From: Candidatus Thorarchaeota archaeon
GTDB taxonomy: Archaea > Asgardarchaeota > Thorarchaeia > Thorarchaeales > Thorarchaeaceae
DNA length: 17,564 nucleotides
NCBI GenBank assembly: GCA_048884965.1
Contig: JBHLQH010000052.1
Location: 1 to 17,564 of the forward strand
Direction of reading: 5' to 3'
Both the position numbers and the translations under genes were made by a program. This document shows, piece after piece, positions 15,960 to 17,564 of this stretch (position 1 is the first letter of the stretch; the number at the start of each line of letters is the position of its first letter). The notes under the pieces were generated by a model. That model was not told where the DNA came from. It searched no databases and saw only the letters and a list, made by a program, of their open reading frames with translations.

Positions 15960-17051
15960 CTATCGAGCCTGTTCTCTTCTTCGAATCTCAAGAATCACAA
16001 CTACTGAAGCAATGCCAATGATACTGAATATGGTGCCAATCACTAGGGGTACTAGTATTGATTCTGTCGTGGAAGTATTCGATGGACTACCTATATTGAA
16101 GAGGAAATCGATGTAATGTACTGACCCCCACCCAACTGTATCACGGACCCAAAGTGATGCCTGTACAACGATTCGCTCGCTTGTCTGTTGGTGCGTCAAT
16201 TCTGCATAGAGCTCTAGGGTTTGCATTGGGACGGGTAGAAGGAAAGGAATGCCAGAAACGATACTCGTATTCTGTGAGAACAATAACTCCTGCTGGGTGG
16301 ATTCGTCCCAGTAAATTCCGTGGAGGCTAGCACTGGCGATTCCTGAGGGGTCACTTGCGTTCACTATGAAATAGTCATTCACTGCATCTAGTGTATACGG
16401 GGGTCCTTCTACATCGGAGTTATATTCAGGAAATAGAATGTTCACCTCAGGGAACATCGTTTCGGTGAGTATGGTCATATTGAAGATGGTTACCTGAAAT
16501 TCATCAAGCATGAGGCGGACATCCATCAGCATCTCATCATCTACTTCAGGATAATGGAGCTGAGAATAGGAGCCATTGAGAAAGAAGTATGTTGCATTCC
16601 TATAGGCTATGTATTGTACGAACTCGCTACCATCCCAGAGTATCTGATTCACAAAAGCTGAGCCATACCAAGCTGCATTGCGAGATTCTTCATGGTCGGG
16701 ATCCTTGAATTCGATGACCATATTGTCAAAGCAATTGGACACGTTCCATGACAGATCAATAGAAGTCCAGAAATTTCCGGGGGTGTACTGTGTGATGTTA
16801 GGGGAGAATAAGCGCCATTCGAACATTACAGGTGTGCCTGTAAGAGTGAGAGTTACATTCCCGTTTAGCACAGTTGATGCATTCGTATACGGAGATATGA
16901 ATGGAGGTGCTACAGACTGTGAAAGCGATAAGGCGTTTTCATCATTGGACATCGGTTCTTGGAAGTCTAAAGATGGGATAGTAGGAGATAGAAATAGTAC
17001 GATGACTAAGTAGAACGCTAATACCCCCTTCAGACATCGAAACCTTAGCAA
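15960..17051 (-). CDS. Type-I membrane surface glycoprotein, unknown N-domain + Ig-like C-domain
   Basis: Hydrophobic signal, many N-x-S/T sequons, VNASDPSGI...VRDTVG Ig-like motifs, ST linker, TM, RRR. GGAGG precedes TTG 17051 (ORF track start 17117 is an alternative). Confidence 0.72.
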   Translation of the reverse strand: MLRFRCLKGVLAFYLVIVLFLSPTIPSLDFQEPMSNDENALSLSQSVAPPFISPYTNASTVLNGNVTLTLTGTPVMFEWRLFSPNITQYTPGNFWTSIDLSWNVSNCFDNMVIEFKDPDHEESRNAAWYGSAFVNQILWDGSEFVQYIAYRNATYFFLNGSYSQLHYPEVDDEMLMDVRLMLDEFQVTIFNMTILTETMFPEVNILFPEYNSDVEGPPYTLDAVNDYFIVNASDPSGIASASLHGIYWDESTQQELLFSQNTSIVSGIPFLLPVPMQTLELYAELTHQQTSERIVVQASLWVRDTVGWGSVHYIDFLFNIGSPSNTSTTESILVPLVIGTIFSIIGIASVVVILEIRRREQAR

Positions 17052-17119
17052 TTCAGTACTCCTCCGTGAAGAGAGTAGCAAATGTAGAATTATGAAGCTT
17101 TCTTCAGAAACAGGCATAG

Positions 17120-17564
17120 TTACATGAGTAATCCGACAGCCATCTGAAGACCTAGGGCCAAGACCTCCTTCAGGAGTTCCTTTCCTCCACCCTTTGCTTT
17201 ATCCTTGAGCTTCTCCCATCTTGTGGAGGGAGTCTTCAATTTTCCATTGATGATATCGAGAATGGATTCAAGGCGCTCATACGCTTCCTCTTGTTTCTCG
17301 AATCCCATTGTAGTAGCCAGATGAGCATTCTCGACCGCATGGATAAGACGCTTCGTCGTATCTGCTAGCTCATCAGATCTTGATAGTAGAGTAGTAAGAG
17401 CTGATTGGACCTCTCTTTGCTCCTCCACAGATAGTCCAACGGAAATCATGATCCCGCCCAAAGTATCCATTTTCTTAGAGATCTCATTGAATCCGACACT
17501 CATATCTTCAGATAGAGTGGATAATCCTTTCTCAATCCTATCAAGCTGTGTCGGAACATCTCGC
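17120..17564 (-). CDS. C-terminal helical/coiled-coil part of a larger protein (5' truncated by window)
   Basis: Frame is open upstream of ATG 17503 to the window edge (RDVPTQLDRIEKGLSTLSEDM...). Amphipathic helices. No family recognised. Confidence 0.65.
   Translation of the reverse strand, partial: RDVPTQLDRIEKGLSTLSEDMSVGFNEISKKMDTLGGIMISVGLSVEEQREVQSALTTLLSRSDELADTTKRLIHAVENAHLATTMGFEKQEEAYERLESILDIINGKLKTPSTRWEKLKDKAKGGGKELLKEVLALGLQMAVGLLM

Noticed and set aside
766-17013. Numerous antisense or nested ORFs in the track (e.g. 882-1292, 1186-1701, 3729-4112, 6972-7328, 12802-13332, 15251-15631, 16678-17013)
   Set aside because: They are shadows of well-supported genes and show no motifs or independent expression signals.

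Overview
Gene-dense prokaryotic DNA that looks archaeal: TATA/BRE-like boxes 25-35 bp upstream of starts, GGAGG/AGGTG ribosome-binding sites, and acidic surface proteins rich in N-x-S/T sequons. The protein repertoire suggests an Asgard (Thorarchaeia-like) host, but that is inference only. Left to right: the end of a metallophosphoesterase; a small hypothetical; a TetR - membrane protein - flavodoxin - degenerate CPBP/Abi operon behind three 14-bp palindromes at exact 20-bp spacing; a membrane-anchored LVIVD propeller; an ICMT/PEMT-family methyltransferase; an anchored BPL_N/GATase-like protein with Asp at the usual nucleophile-Cys site; a ParA/MinD ATPase convergent with a coiled-coil + tandem winged-helix protein; a 1555-aa type-I surface glycoprotein with eight ~87-aa cadherin-like repeats; a wHTH + 4-TM regulator followed by a 54-aa ORF resembling its own N-terminal helices; a small wHTH; a two-hairpin/pseudoknot intergenic element; a stand-alone ATP-cone; an anchored six-blade Kelch protein; another anchored surface protein; and a truncated helical protein. 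I saw no rRNA, tRNA, CRISPR array or transposase.
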